A stretch of 64,000 bases of DNA. Origin: Octopus vulgaris. Taxonomy: Eukaryota. Location of the stretch: positions 178,870,001 to 178,934,000 of the forward strand of contig OX597814.1 in the NCBI GenBank assembly GCA_951406725.2, in the 5' to 3' direction. Made by a program: the position numbers and the translations under genes. How positions within the stretch are numbered: position 1 is the stretch's first letter; each line of letters starts with the position of its first letter. The notes beneath the pieces were generated by a model. That model saw nothing but the letters and a program-made list of their open reading frames with translations, ran no database searches and was not told the origin of the DNA. Below, piece after piece: positions 12,857-26,718 of this stretch.

Positions 12857-13545
12857 ACATGGTGGTCGACTATTCCTTATGCAGAGTTTGACCATCTCCT
12901 GTACCTACACCTTAGAACCATCGTAGCATCTGATATGGCTTTTTAAACCAGACCATACTTTGAAAGGACACCCACATAGATTGCATATCCGATTTGGATC
13001 ACCAAGAGCTGGAGATAAGTGGCCTCCGTTAGATTTGCTAACATTCTGGCATACATTGCATTGAAAGGTGTGCACAGACATATAGGCAGAGGTTCGTTTT
13101 CCATGAGTTCAAAAATGAGATTTGATCCCAGAAAAGAAAGGTATGGTCTGTCACAAACTGTGCACACAAAACGATCATTGTGATTCCCCTTCTCAATTCC
13201 TTATATCTCTCTTGAATCTTGTATGTGTTATCCTAGCCTCTTCGAATGATTCGCCATCCAGCTGAATCAGTAGCAAGGGTTTCTATGTCCTCTGGATTCA
13301 TACCAAGTGACTTTATTGTAGTCTTTATGCTGCCTTTGAACCTTTTTTATATTAACGTCAATAGCGCTTCCCCTCTGCAAGCTCACAATAAAACAGTTGT
13401 TTGAGCGTGCGTTCATCCGCCACTCGAACTCTATGGCCACACTATCTCATTTGGTTTCTCAAAATAATTGCTTTAATTGAGGTGATGCCTGCAGATGCAA
13501 GAACAGCTGTGTTTAGAGTAAAAGAAATCCATCTAATGTTTAAAG
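12857..13545 (-). mobile_element. 3' end of an RTE-clade LINE with C-terminal C2H2-like fingers
   Basis: Minus strand: NTAVLASAGITSIKAIILRNQMR*CGH.VRVADER.LKQLFYCELAEGKR, KKRFK, CTVCDR, CNVCQ, CNLCG...GLKSHIR. Confidence 0.75.
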
Positions 13546-16091
13546 TGCGATGAAGGCATTTTTGGTGAAATTGTTCTAACAATTTAAAATGTCTTTTATA
13601 ACATGTTCATGTTTCACAAGACTACAAAAGAGATGGTAAGACAAATGATTTATAGAAAGCCAACTTTGTATTGTTATTTATATGTCGCTGGCACTAAACA
13701 TGTGACCCCAACCCACCAAATGCTTGTTCTGTTGTTTGAATTCGTAGATGTAATTCTGTATCCCGATTTCCATCATTGTGTACAGAGCTTCCAAGTTAGA
13801 TGAACGAATCAACAACCTCAAGTAACTTACCGTTAACAAAATATTTATTGGGGTTACAAACAGCACCACTAGCTCCGTTTTCAAAGGAGGAATTAAAATA
13901 ATTAAAACCAAAAAAGAACGTATATACATACATGCATCCATCCATCCATCCATCCATCCATACATCCATACGTACATACATGCGTATATTTATAAGTTTC
14001 TTTGTCCTGGATAGAACAATCAACTTCTGTTGTGCCAGATTTTATTGTTCTAAGACTACGTAATAGTTAATTTGAGAATCATATATCTTTAGATAATGTA
14101 TTTGTATATGTTCAAACTTGCTTTTAATTCCAGGATCGTTGTTTTTGAACGAGGTGTATTGGTTAATGTTATCTGGGTATTTCGCATGAATGATAATTGA
14201 TTTTGAAAGTTTGATCTTATTTACGCCATTTTTCAGTGCCCTCATTTCAAAGGTATCGAATAATATTTACTAGACTATATGAAACTAGAACGTGAGTGGT
14301 TACGCAGTTTTTTTACCTTTGCTTTCTATTATGATTTATGGAGCGATTCAGCTAATGTGATCTATTATCGAACTTATATTCTATATTTTGAATATATGTA
14401 CGTGATAGTCTTAGTTAAAAGACTTATTTTATATTATTGCGTATAATACCATACACCTTATAAATTCTAAAATGTATTTAGTATTATCTGTTTGACAGCG
14501 CTAATTTTTTCTTCAAGATGTTCACACTAGGTCGAGGTTAGAAAAACATTATTTCTCTATTGTGAAAATAAAGATAGAGAAAAAGTGTGTCAAACATTTT
14601 TAATATAACGAGAAATTGCATAGAAATCAACTTTAGAAGCACAATGTATAGGCGTATTTTGAAACACCTATATACACAAAGAAAAAGAAAGAAAATAAGA
14701 CAGCATTAATAGAAAGATGCTAAATAACATCTCAAATGGCCACCAAATACAATTGATAAATCTAATGCAGTATACAACATCATACATTAGCAGAAAAAAG
14801 GAAAGAAAAAACGTATATTAACTTCCTTTATACAGAATTCTAAAAGACGGAACAATTTGAGGAATACTTTTGTAATATAAACATTAGCAATAGCGACATC
14901 GCAGCTAATAACATCGAAAACCATAAAACTATCTATTTAAATGGAAGTTTGCAAAATGCATTGCCAGGGTCACTACCTATTGTCTGTCGGCTGTTGCAGA
15001 TAAATATCCTTTCACTGTTACAGTAAAATAACTTCTGTGTAAATCTACAGATTACGAATGTATTGATAGCGTGTGTTGTCGCTGACTAATTCTGAACGTT
15101 ACTTATCTCTAAGTATTTTACACGTCTTTCACGTACACACACACACATACACATGTACGCACACATGTACACACAACGTACACTCAAACATGTTATTGAC
15201 CAGAGACTACTTTATTTTGCCTATTTTCTCTCTAACGTCTTTGTGCTATGTTTGTGTGTTTTAACTGTGTTATATTCGCTTTTAATGCAGACTTACATTA
15301 ACCGAGGAGCTTTTATAGAGAGAACACTTACAACTTGTGTCTGTATTCAGTTTCCACTGAAAGTTCTATACGCCAGACAGCTATACATATAGACACCTAT
15401 TTTCATTTCTACTTGGTAGGGAATTTGTTATTGATTTACACACACCTCTCTTCATATATTTTAAATGATTTTAGTAGAGAAACCTTTCGTAAAAGCACAC
15501 CAGAGCGCTATATATCTAACTTAAGTTGCTTTAGTATATCATTTTACTTTGATACATGCCATAACACTCAGGAGAATGGTAATGTGCCATTGTGAGGGTT
15601 TATGCCTTAGCAAAGGTCTGTCTATAGTTTGAATTAAAAGGCTCAGACTAGAATACTCTTTCATACAAAAAATTCCAAAATGTGTTGTTCTATAATGTTT
15701 TAAGGAATCCTGTACACAACCACTATATTACAATGAAATTCTGTCATTGTCATAGAGTAATGACACATCGGATCATGTATTATAACATATATTGAACCTG
15801 AAATTAACATAAAATAGAATGGTCATATCTTGACTGTTCCTCCTTGGCCTCAAGTTACACTTTGCATTAGGGCTAAATAGCTAAATAACGCTAAAACATT
15901 ACAGACAACATTCGTGCTGTGTAGCTATTTGGCTCGTTCGCCAGTACGCTGTATATAGCAATTTGCGACGACACCCTTATATCTCTATGGGCTAAAACAC
16001 CTAAAAATCTTAGGCGGGATAACTCGTCACCAATCCCATTCGGAAGTGATGGATACCTATGTTTCGGCTTTTTTGGTTTATCAATATCAAG

Positions 16092-16122
<31 letters not shown>

Positions 16123-16123
16123 A

Positions 16124-16387
16124 TATCAATGTGATCACCATGACCGACAAGGCTATCAGATGTTGCTACACATCGCTGGTCACAGTGCGCTTCGCATTGT
16201 TTTAGCCTTCAAATAATGGCACCCCGCTCGCTAAGCAAGCAGATCAACAGACGAAAGAGTGAGAGAAAGTTGTGGCGAAAGAGTACAGCAGCGAACGCCA
16301 CCATCCCTTGCCGGTGGTGTTTTCGCTCAACAAACACTCAGAACGCGATCCTACAACCGCGAGTTCGGTGCCCTAACCACTGCGCCT

Positions 16388-16390
<3 letters not shown>
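16124..16390 (-). mobile_element. SINE family A (tail type 2), internally deleted
   Basis: Shares the head (ccctaaccactg...cgcctcc on +) and body (gagagaaagttgtggcgaaagagtacagc) of family A. The tail matches 42435-42550. Confidence 0.85.
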
Positions 16391-16429
<39 letters not shown>

Positions 16430-16986
16430 GTGTGTGTGTGTGTGTATGTGCACGCAACTTCATCCTCATATACACATAGATGTATGCGTCCATACATATA
16501 TCCGTTTAGGCATTTATACATATAAATATACGTTATTATATACGTACATATCCATATCCTCACACAGGTACACATTCACACAATTAAAGAAGAAAAAAAT
16601 GAAATTTATATAAAGCAATAAAAAATGTTAAGACATATGGAAAGCTTGTGCAGGAACAGCGTAAAAATCCGGATTCTATCCGTAATCATGCGAGGCCCAA
16701 AATCGTAACAGTGGATATGATCCAGAAATATCAGTTCTGCAATTCTAGCGGTGTCCAAAGGTCTTTTCCAGATGAGCTATCTTTCCACATCAGAAAAACC
16801 GCACTTGCCACTAACGTCGGTGTAATGTTTACACTTAACCAATATCTTCCAGTAAATCCTACAGCTGACACCCTGTTCTTTTAAGAACCATATATGGCTG
16901 GATAATTTGGTAGATTTTCGTTTATCCCAGTGTCTGAAGCATGGCCAGAGCCAGATGATTGAACATGTAAAAGAATAAAAGAATAA

Positions 16987-17081
<95 letters not shown>

Positions 17082-17855
17082 GACTTGGAGAATTTGTGCA
17101 ACTTATGACTGGAAGAAACCATGGAGATCATCACACCCAGAGAAAACAATCAATATACACTCCGAAGTAATTATACAGTGTAAGCATAGCATACAAGCAA
17201 GGCATCATCCCTAGAATTCGAAAAGAACATTTTGAAACAGAAAAGCACTAATGATCATTAGCTTCTAATGGAACAACATATGAACATATAAACTAATTAA
17301 AGAAAAAGCAAAACAAAACATTTTTTTCCTATGCTATATCATTGTACCACCAGAAGTAATTAAGAAAAGCATTTCAGAGAACATTATTTGTGAACTCAGA
17401 CAATGAACTTCAACAACATGGTAGCTCTACTTCCTGACCCTAATACATCTGAATTCATTGAGGATGTGTCAGCTGTGACTAAGGTTAACCCAATGGATCA
17501 TAATACCCGTTCTAACATCTGCATACTTAAATATGCAAAGAAGTCTAACATCATCACACACTCGTACCACTCCTTTATCATTACCATTCCGTTATGCAAC
17601 CACATACCGCAATCAACTTTTCCATTGGTGCAAATTGATAAACATACTTCAGTTACAGATTATTTCGTTCCAACGTTAATGACATATCACCCGAGGAAAT
17701 GAATACATGAAATACCCCATATCTATAGTTACTACGGACTGTATTGTATTAAGCCCAGGAATACTGACTATGATAGTAGGAAACATGGGATTTGTGGGAA
17801 CGTAGCAGTGCATTAAAACATTTATAAATTCATCCAATGATTTATTGTATGTGTA

Positions 17856-17910
<55 letters not shown>

Positions 17911-18344
17911 GCGCAGACAAACGCACACACACAGCCATACAAATACAAACATACGCTCATACCCTCACACATAAGCAGGCAGAAACAGATATATGTGCGA
18001 GTGTGCGTATGTGTATGTATGTTATTAATTGTACAGTATTATCAGTTTAGCTTCATAAATGCAGATTCATATTGCCGAAGGCTTTCGTGTTTGAGAACAT
18101 TCTAAGCGTAGAAAAGTAAATTAACAATCGACAGACAAGGCTAAGGAAAAGAATATAAACTGGTCTCGTTTTTACAGGTGGACTGAAAACATCGTATCCA
18201 TTTTATCATTGTCACTTATAGTGTAAAACAAAAGGGGATCCAAACCCAGGTATTATAAAACAATTACCAAAGCTATTACAGTTTTACGCGCTGGCACACA
18301 CACACGCACACACACATATTTATAAGTATACATAATTACATATA

Positions 18345-18460
<116 letters not shown>

Positions 18461-18490
18461 CGTTTGTGTGTGTGTATATATATATATATA

Positions 18491-18694
18491 GTTACTCCAA
18501 GCATGAAAATACAAGGAGAAAACACAACAACGCGAGGACGTGGAACAAGTATAGTGTTGTTGGAAGCTCAGGATAGGAATGAAAGAAGGAGAATTTAACG
18601 TTTCGAGCGGAGCTCTTCAGCAGAAACATAGGAAAAGGAAAGATCCAGGGAAGGGAAGACGGAGGAAAAAAATCGCCAACAATGGACCCGCGGT

Positions 18695-18698
<4 letters not shown>
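18491..18698 (-). mobile_element. ~200-bp hammerhead-bearing insertion (PLE pLTR or retrozyme-like) between microsatellites
   Basis: Unique block between (TA)n and (CA)n(TA)n that contains the hammerhead at 18594-18626. Confidence 0.6.
18594..18626 (-). ncRNA. Minimal type I hammerhead motif (A6 changed to C)
   Basis: Minus strand: UUU CUGCUGA a GAGC ucc GCUC GAAA CG UUA AA, with palindromic stem III AACGUU. Confidence 0.6.
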
Positions 18699-18786
<88 letters not shown>

Positions 18787-18790
<4 letters not shown>

Positions 18791-19218
18791 GAAATAGAAA
18801 GATGAATAATCTTGTTGCAGATTAATCAAAAGTTTAACCGATACCTTGGTAGCAAAAATCACAGCAGAAGACAGCACGGTTGGAGGTACAACCATATGGT
18901 ATTGGCAACCATGCGTTGGTGCGGATAATTGAATTTTAATATTATTAGTGAATTGAAGAAATGGAGTTGAACGAAGATTGAACAGAAATCGTTTTATTGC
19001 ATTCTACACGTGTTTCGAAAGCCACAATTTACCAAATTCCGATTGAATAAGGAGACCATATTGTGTCTTTCTCTTCAGGAAGAAATAGGAAATCCGTTGG
19101 CAAAAACAAAAACAGAACAGAGGCGCAGCAAAACAAATCGAAACACGTGTAGAATGCAATAAAACGATTTCTGTTCAATCTTCGTTCAACTCCATTTCTT
19201 CAATTCACTAATAATATT
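18787..19218 (-). mobile_element. Fold-back element in (TA)n: 81-bp perfect inverted repeat, hammerhead and ~150-nt one-sided extension
   Basis: 18938-19018 is the reverse complement of 19138-19218. TA tracts flank both sides. Confidence 0.85.
19002..19082 (-). ncRNA. Intact type I hammerhead ribozyme with extended stem II
   Basis: Minus strand: UUC CUGAAGA GAAAGaCACAAU...AUUGUGgCUUUC GAAA CACGUG UA GAA. All core nucleotides are present, the cleavage triplet is GUA, and stem I is UUC/GAA. Confidence 0.85.
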
Positions 19219-20301
19219 TATATATATATATACACGATATATCGATATACTTTCTTACGTTCTTACACACTAATACATACATACATACGCACACACACAC
19301 ACACACATACCCATGCTCATTACGGGGATATCTTCTAATGTGCAGAATAGGTAAAAATCAGACTAGGGAATAGTGTGGATTAGAACTCCACGTTTTATGA
19401 AGTTAAACTAATTACTAGCGTTTTGTTTTATCTAAGTGCAGAATGATTTAAGAATCTAGCCTCTGTTCTATTTTAAAACAGCATAATTTACAGTAAGCAT
19501 ATCTCTGATGTCCAGTTGCCAATTTAGATGCACCAGATTTGCATCCGATCTATTTATCTGTTGCAAAACCGTAATTAAGGACCAGCAGTAACATCGTAAC
19601 CTATGGTAATCGTATGCATGTATATAATCCCCATTCACAATATATGTATACACACATACAAACATACTAAGAAGCAGGGAATGAGACAAAGAAAGAGAAA
19701 TAGAGTAAGGTGTTTTATGTTAAGCTAAGATGGTTTTACGTAGATCACTGAAATCCTTCGTGCAGGTAATGATCTATTTAATTGTGGGGTAAATATGTAT
19801 GTACATTTATACTAAACTTTTAAATATATGCATGTGCACAAGTTGCTTAAAACATGCCTACATTTTCACCTACTTCCTTAACGCTGCATATACCTAAATA
19901 TACTTTATAACGTGTATCGATCATCACATTCCTGCAAACGGCTAATGGATTTTTACTGGTAAAATCTCTTAGATATTTTAAAACTGGTTGCTATTATTAT
20001 GCTGTTAATTTATGTACCATAGAAACAAATTTAACCCTGTAGAAATACCTTAAAATCTAAAGTTTTTGCTCTTCGTTAAATGCATTAAAGTATTCTGTAT
20101 ATAAAATCTCTATATATTAATATATACGTTCATATTGAATTACATCAGATAAATGAACTAAAAGCGAAGCCATTAGGAAAATCTAACCTGTTTCTTAATT
20201 TCTCTATAAGGAAAGGAAATATTTTTGGTTACTCTGCCCAACAGACACATCTTATTGAAAGCTTACGGATGATATCTGTTCTATCTTAGTTTTTTTTTTC
20301 A

Positions 20302-20358
<57 letters not shown>

Positions 20359-22689
20359 GCCCTAACACTATTCGATTTACTTTCGGATAACATTACCATA
20401 TGAGATGGAAGTAACGATGAATATATTTCAGTTTTAAGACATCTGCGTTTTACATTATATTTCGTATTAAGCTTATTAGAAAAATACCGTTTGATTTAAA
20501 CTAGAGAAGACAAGTGAAAATCACGAAAGAAAAAGAAACAAAATGTCATCTATATCTAGTAACATGAATCCATAATGTCAATATGCTAGCATTATAAACC
20601 GTAAAAGCGTCCTCCATTTATCGTCATCCTACTCTGAAATCTAGTGAAAGCGAAAATAAAATTAAAAACCGTTACAAAAACGGATAAATGAATTTTTACG
20701 CAATTTATTTCACGATTCCTGTCTCTAATGGCAATTTATTAAAAGTTAAATAATAATTCTGATTTGGCTCTAAATTCCATTAAACTTTGAATATATAATG
20801 TAAGAAGATAAGTAGAATTAAAGACATATGTAGTTTTCACTCACATGTCAAACAAATAATTGACATTGAACATGATGGGTCAGTGGAATAGTTTGATATT
20901 ATTAGATGCTATGCATATACACATGACAAAGTATATTAGTATGATAAATCTGAAGCAGCATTTATCCGGATCATATTCGAATGGTATTAAGCGAAACATG
21001 TGTCAGGCATGAATATAAATACATCTACAAGGTTGCTTAATAAATCAAGTTCGATATCACATGTGTAAGCATTATGAATACGACCCTAGACTTACACATT
21101 TACATAAAACATATGCAGTGATATTGCGTGCACAGAAAATAAGTTATATATTTACTAGTATAAAGACACCCTATGTACACGGACACATAATCGTATAATC
21201 GAATGTTTTTAAAAAATTGTTTTCTGCGTGCGTTCACAGTCGCTTATAATGCGCTGAAGTGAAGCTGAAATATTTCTGTTTAAGATGACTTCGAATATAA
21301 AAAAGTAAATCGAGTATATGACTATGGATTTCTGAAATATGGAAATTTCAAACATAGAATGTCATTACTATAAACGACATTATGTGCTAAGCAACGATCT
21401 CACTCTACGAAAATTTATAGTAGAAATTTTACATGCACATTTCTCGATAAATGACAAAATCCATAATCTAGGTCAAAGGAACTGTAAGTTGGACCACTTT
21501 TAACTACTATTTATAAAAGAAAATTACCATCAGGATATGAATATCATTCCCGAGTGAAAATATCATAGCCAACATTGATTGTTTTGTTAGATTGTTGCTC
21601 TTGCTTCGCTCGCCCAAAGTCAAACTGACCTTGAGCGACCTTGGGCAGCCCTATGATCAAAACCATTCTAGGCATCAATATTATTTCTTTTCAGTCGTAG
21701 TTTATCTAGGCATCTGCTATAACTATCTATTTTAAAGGCAGTAAGGGGTGACTTAAAGACTGAGAATTGTTGTTGATCAATTACATAGAATCTCGTCATT
21801 GGCTCGGTGAACATTGATGTATTTGTATGCACCAAAGCAAAGTGTAATTCCATGAGATGCGGGACTACTGCGGTTTTTTGTACATTTTGCAACTGCTTAC
21901 ACCATGCAAAAAACTATAACTAGCTACAAAGTTATTATTGGTCGGATCATTCATTCAACGACGTCGATGTACGCAAAACGTCTACTCCGTGTGTGCGATG
22001 GTAGTAATTAGTATGATAACGTTAAGATCTATCACCCACATGCAGGGATTCAGCTCTAATAAGGAGAGGAAATGGAATATGCGACTCTTGAGAATACATT
22101 AATAATATTTGTGTTACACGTGCAATAAAATTGTTTCAGAAACTAATAAAATGCTAATCGTATTTGAAAGAAAATTACTTAACAAAGATGGCTCCTTGAT
22201 CTGGAACATCAAACGGAAATAAGTGAATATTAACTGTTGAATATATTGAAATGATAATGTTTCACAACACTTATGATGTTACAGCTATTTTTATGGTAAC
22301 TACATGGTGTAGTATACAGAGCCAACTTGTAGGACTTGGACATTATGGATTAAAGAAGCTTATAGTATACTAAATCAGTGTAAATAACATATTAGCTAGG
22401 ACGTACATATTTGTGCAGAGATGGATTACGGCTGGAAGTATGAACAAATATTATATGAGGGACATTTAGCAATACAGCAACAAGGTATCAAGTATATTGT
22501 ACAAAAATAGCGATATGGGGATAATACGACTGAGTTTCGGCGTAGAAAACAAAGGGCTAATGAGACAGAAAGAAAAATAAGAATACAGCCTGTCTAGAAC
22601 AGTCTTTTGTGGAGTATAGTCAATACCAACATATTCCTTTGGATAGACAACACCATAGCAATAGTTTGATAGAGAAAAGAAAGATATTG

Positions 22690-22882
22690 GCTTCAAATTT
22701 TGGCACAAGACCAACAAGTTCCATGGGAGGGGTACGTCGATTAAAACAACCTCAGTGTTTAACTGGTACTTATTGTATCGACCCCTAAATGGAAGCAAGG
22801 CAGAATCAGCTTCGGTCGGATTCGAACTCATAACGAAAAGACGGACTAAATATGGCTTAGCATTCCGTCTCGCGTACTTACG
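22690..22882 (-). mobile_element. SINE family B, diverged
   Basis: cagtgtttaactggtacttattgtatcgacccc...ttcgaactc...cgccgcct is the reverse complement of the family B head and core. Confidence 0.7.
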
Positions 22883-23549
22883 ATTCTGGCATCACGCCGC
22901 CTTTATCATGAGTAATATTAAATTCCGAATTTTAGTATTCTATCCTAGTCATGTTTCAGTATTTTAGTAGAATGCTTTAATTATTTTCATAAAATCAGGA
23001 TTTTCTGTTGCAGCATTTTGTTATTCGTGAAATCTGAATAATTCGCTATTGTAAGCTGGTGTCAAGGAGACAAACTGTCTCTTGCATAAAGCAATCTTTA
23101 ACAACGATAATAATCTTTAATATGTTGAGCATATTAAGTTTCGAAAGGATTTCTTAAAAATCGAGAACGGAAATGTTAACATGATGTTGAATAGTTTCTG
23201 CATTCTGAAACCTCGAATGAGGCTGCAATTGACATAATTATAAACAAATACACCAGGTACTTTATAGTTGTTTCACCACTTTCCATTCATATGGAATGAT
23301 TTTGATCATTTTCACCTTCATAGTAGTTGTAGTTAGCAGGGCGAGAAAGAGGGAGAGAGGGGAGAAAGAAAGAAAGTAAGAAATAATGGAGTGTTTGCAC
23401 AGGAATTAAAAGTTCTTTGCACATTTCCTTTTACAAGTTGATGTGGTGATGTTCAACGGGATAAAATAAGAGCTTTGGGCAAGTACAATAATACACATAG
23501 CTTCATGCATACGCACATAGAAAGATGCACGCATGAATACATGTTAAAG

Positions 23550-23720
23550 TGCGCGACTCGGTGGTTAGGGTATTCTGTTCACGATCGTAATGAAATGTGT
23601 TCGATACCCGGCGGAACCTTGTGTCCTTGAGCAAGATATTTTATTTCAAGTTGCTCCGGTCAAACAGGCAAAACTGAGTCATAGCTGTAATTCTAAGGGG
23701 CAGCCTTGTCACATTCTGTG
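23550..23720 (+). mobile_element. Diverged tRNA-derived SINE with CORE-like segment
   Basis: A box ggtggttagg, B box gttcgatacc, then gtgtccttgagcaag. The 3' part gcagccttgtcacattctgtgt resembles family A tail type 1. Confidence 0.6.
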
Positions 23721-23799
23721 TAAGAATAATCCTTTTCTGCTCAAATAATGGTGTAAATATAAGTTTCTTGTACCCTGTGTGCGAGTTCCAAAGTTGCTC

Positions 23800-24105
23800 A
23801 TAATTAGTCATTCCAACATTGGAACCCACACACGAGGTACAGGAAATTTATATGTACTCCATTCTGCTCAGGTAATGGAACTGCGGAGACAACATCCTTA
23901 CGTATTTCACTTCTGTTTTCCTTTCTCCACTTCACTCCGTATTACATATCTTCTCTATAATATCTATTGCTTAACCATTTTCTCGCACCTTCTCTGATGA
24001 AGGAATATATAACAAGTCCCGGAAATAGCTGTAAGATCTTCTCTTTATAAATGTTCTGAAATTCTTTCATAGCCTTGGATTTTTTTATCTCATTCTGTAA
24101 AATTT
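23800..24105 (+). mobile_element. Third copy of the 7.5/8.5-kb pLTR-like family, with a hammerhead at 23991-24036
   Basis: gtacaggaaa...gtaatggaa... followed by UCU CUGAUGA ... GAAA UAGCUG UA AGA and ttataaatgt matches 8545-8848. It ends at (TA)n. Confidence 0.7.
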
Positions 24106-24107
24106 AT

Positions 24108-24152
<45 letters not shown>

Positions 24153-24240
24153 GTGTGTGTGTCTGTATGTGTGTCTGTGTGTGTGGATATATTTATGTAT
24201 CTATGCATGTAAGTGTGTGCAGTCTGCATATATGTATTTG

Positions 24241-24271
<31 letters not shown>

Positions 24272-24937
24272 GTACATAGATTTGTGGTATCCATAGATAT
24301 TTCTATATAAGCATATAGTATACATGTATATACATGCACAGACATGCACTATATTCTTACATTCATGCTATGAGCTTCATGAAATATATCACCAAATTTC
24401 ATTTATATGCGATTAATCACTCATATGTAATAGCACACATGTCATTCATCGCAGATTTTACACGTAAGTGATCGGAGAGAAATCACACGAAGTTGCGTTT
24501 CGCTCATAAGAACTTATCAGCGTTTGATATAATTTAATCTATACGTATGCAGAATATCGGCGCAAGATAAATTTTCGTAGTGACACCAAATTTTAAGCCT
24601 TGTAGATTAGAATTATTTATTTCTGTAGATTTTCTTGTAAGGTATTTGAAATACAACCAAGGAGGAAATCTCGTCCATAAGACATTTATTTATTTATGAG
24701 TTTATAGTTTTACAAGCACATTTCATGTGAGGTGACGCAGATAATCATACTTAGGCCTATACTCAATGCCTAAACACAAACTGATGCATATGTTTCCGTG
24801 GAATAATATGGAAATTTCATGCGCGGTTGGATCGTTATAATAGAAATATGAGTAACGAATCTAGAAGTAATTTATGCTTATATTCATACTTCTAAGCATG
24901 TATCTCTGTATATATGTGTGTGTTTGTGTGTGCCTAC

Positions 24938-24992
<55 letters not shown>

Positions 24993-24995
24993 TAC

Positions 24996-25052
<57 letters not shown>

Positions 25053-25053
<1 letters not shown>

Positions 25054-25468
25054 TCTTTACTCTTTTACTTTTTTACTTGTTTCAGTCATTTTGACTGCGG
25101 CCATGCTGGAGCACCGCCTTTAGTCGAGCAAATCGACCCGGGGACTTATTCTTTGTAAGCCCAGTGCTTATTCTATCGGTCTCTTTTCCCGAACCGCTAA
25201 GTGACGGGGACGTAAACACACCAGCATCGGTTGTCAAGCAATGCTAGGGGGACAAACACAGACACACAAACACACACACACATACATATATATATATACA
25301 TATATACGACAGTCTTCTTTCAGTTTCCGTCTACCAAATCCACTCACAAGGCATTGGTCGGCCCGGGGCTATAGCAGAAGACACTTGCCCAAGATGCCAC
25401 GCAGTGGGACTGAACCCGGAACCATGTGGTTGGTTAGCAAGCTACTTACCACACAGCCACTCCTGCGC
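25053..25468 (-). mobile_element. Full-length SINE family C
   Basis: Head gcgcaggagtggctgtgtggtaag...gggttcagtccc, CORE-like catcttgggcaagtgtctt, internal microsatellite, and tail ggcggtgctccagcatggccgcagtcaaaatgactgaaac. Confidence 0.9.
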
Positions 25469-26387
25469 ATACATATACATGTGCGTGTGTACAATCTAGA
25501 GTATAGCTGGCTCGCAAGCTCGATATTGGCGCACGAACCAGCACAGGTTGTTAAAAATGCTAGCTACAATATCTGAAGGATAAAAAGGGTCTTTGTCTAA
25601 ATTACAAATGATCTCCTACTCAAAGACTATCTAGCAATATCTCAAGGATCGGCCATATATATATATGCAGGTTCCTCAAATTTCTCACCAATAGCGAAAA
25701 TGCGGTGTCATTAGCAAAAAACATTGCACCTATATTTGAGTCATGTATGTTAGTATATGGATTCTACCCTTTTATATTTTGGAATTATTCATCAATACAG
25801 AAGAATTTTCCTAAACTTGAATCAAGGCTGTATCGCTGGAATTTAGACATCAATATTTTAGACGCATACGTATACATGCACAAGCGTATGCCCGAACACA
25901 AGCACGGATACGCCTATTTATAGTCTGATACACATACACGCAGGCACAGTGTCACTCACTGCATATGTGGACATTATCAAATGCTAAATGTTTTGAAAGT
26001 TTTAAATATTTCGACAGAGCTTATTGCTGTAAATATTTTATTTGGTGTGTTCTCTCTGACATTGTAATTCCCAACTGTTCCAAGTGACACTGTGTTCATT
26101 AAGCTGAAAGCTATTGTTGGAATTGAATAGCTGCACAATGGTCAAGATCTTTAACACAAAGCTGATACACGCTGAACGAGTGGATTCAACTATTGTGCAT
26201 AATTTATTTTTTGCTTTTAAAATTATTATGGCTGGTCTGTTACAATTACTTTTCTTTAAAGTCAGGACAGAGCATTTCACCAACATTCTTTTATATTATG
26301 TGTAACTATTTCAGAATTATATATATTCTTCGGATTTCGTTATTTAATATCGTAGTCACGGCAGTATACACATAGGTAGTTTATAAC

Positions 26388-26718
26388 ATTCGTCGCCCTT
26401 TTCAAGCCTAGCCAGGCTCATGGGCCCTGTTTCCCGGTTTCCGTGGCGTATGTGTTCCCCCCAGCTGGACGGGACGCCAGACCATCTCAGCGTTACTCAA
26501 GAAACAGGAAGAGAGAGTAAGAGAAAACTGTGGTGAAAGAGTACAACAGGGGTTGCCACCACCCCCTAAGTCAATCACATATATTCCAGATCTAAACTGG
26601 TACTAACTCCATCGATTCCAAAAGGCAAAGAAACCTCAGTGGCAACTCAGAAGGTAAAGTCGGAAGAAATGCCGCTAAACATTTTCTCCGGCGCAGCAAC
26701 GATTCTCCCAGCTCGCTG
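26388..26718 (-). mobile_element. SINE family A 3' part (tail type 3) adjacent to a diverged family B copy
   Basis: 26388-26566 matches 28964-29150. 26580-26718 matches the family B head and core. Confidence 0.75.

Noticed and set aside
16050-16090. Minus-strand UUGAUAA...CGAAACAU as a third U3-A8 hammerhead
   Set aside because: Stem II does not pair and there is no valid NUH cleavage triplet.
17085-17420. Possible decayed PLE endonuclease region
   Set aside because: The resemblance is only vague and no GIY/YIG motif is recoverable.
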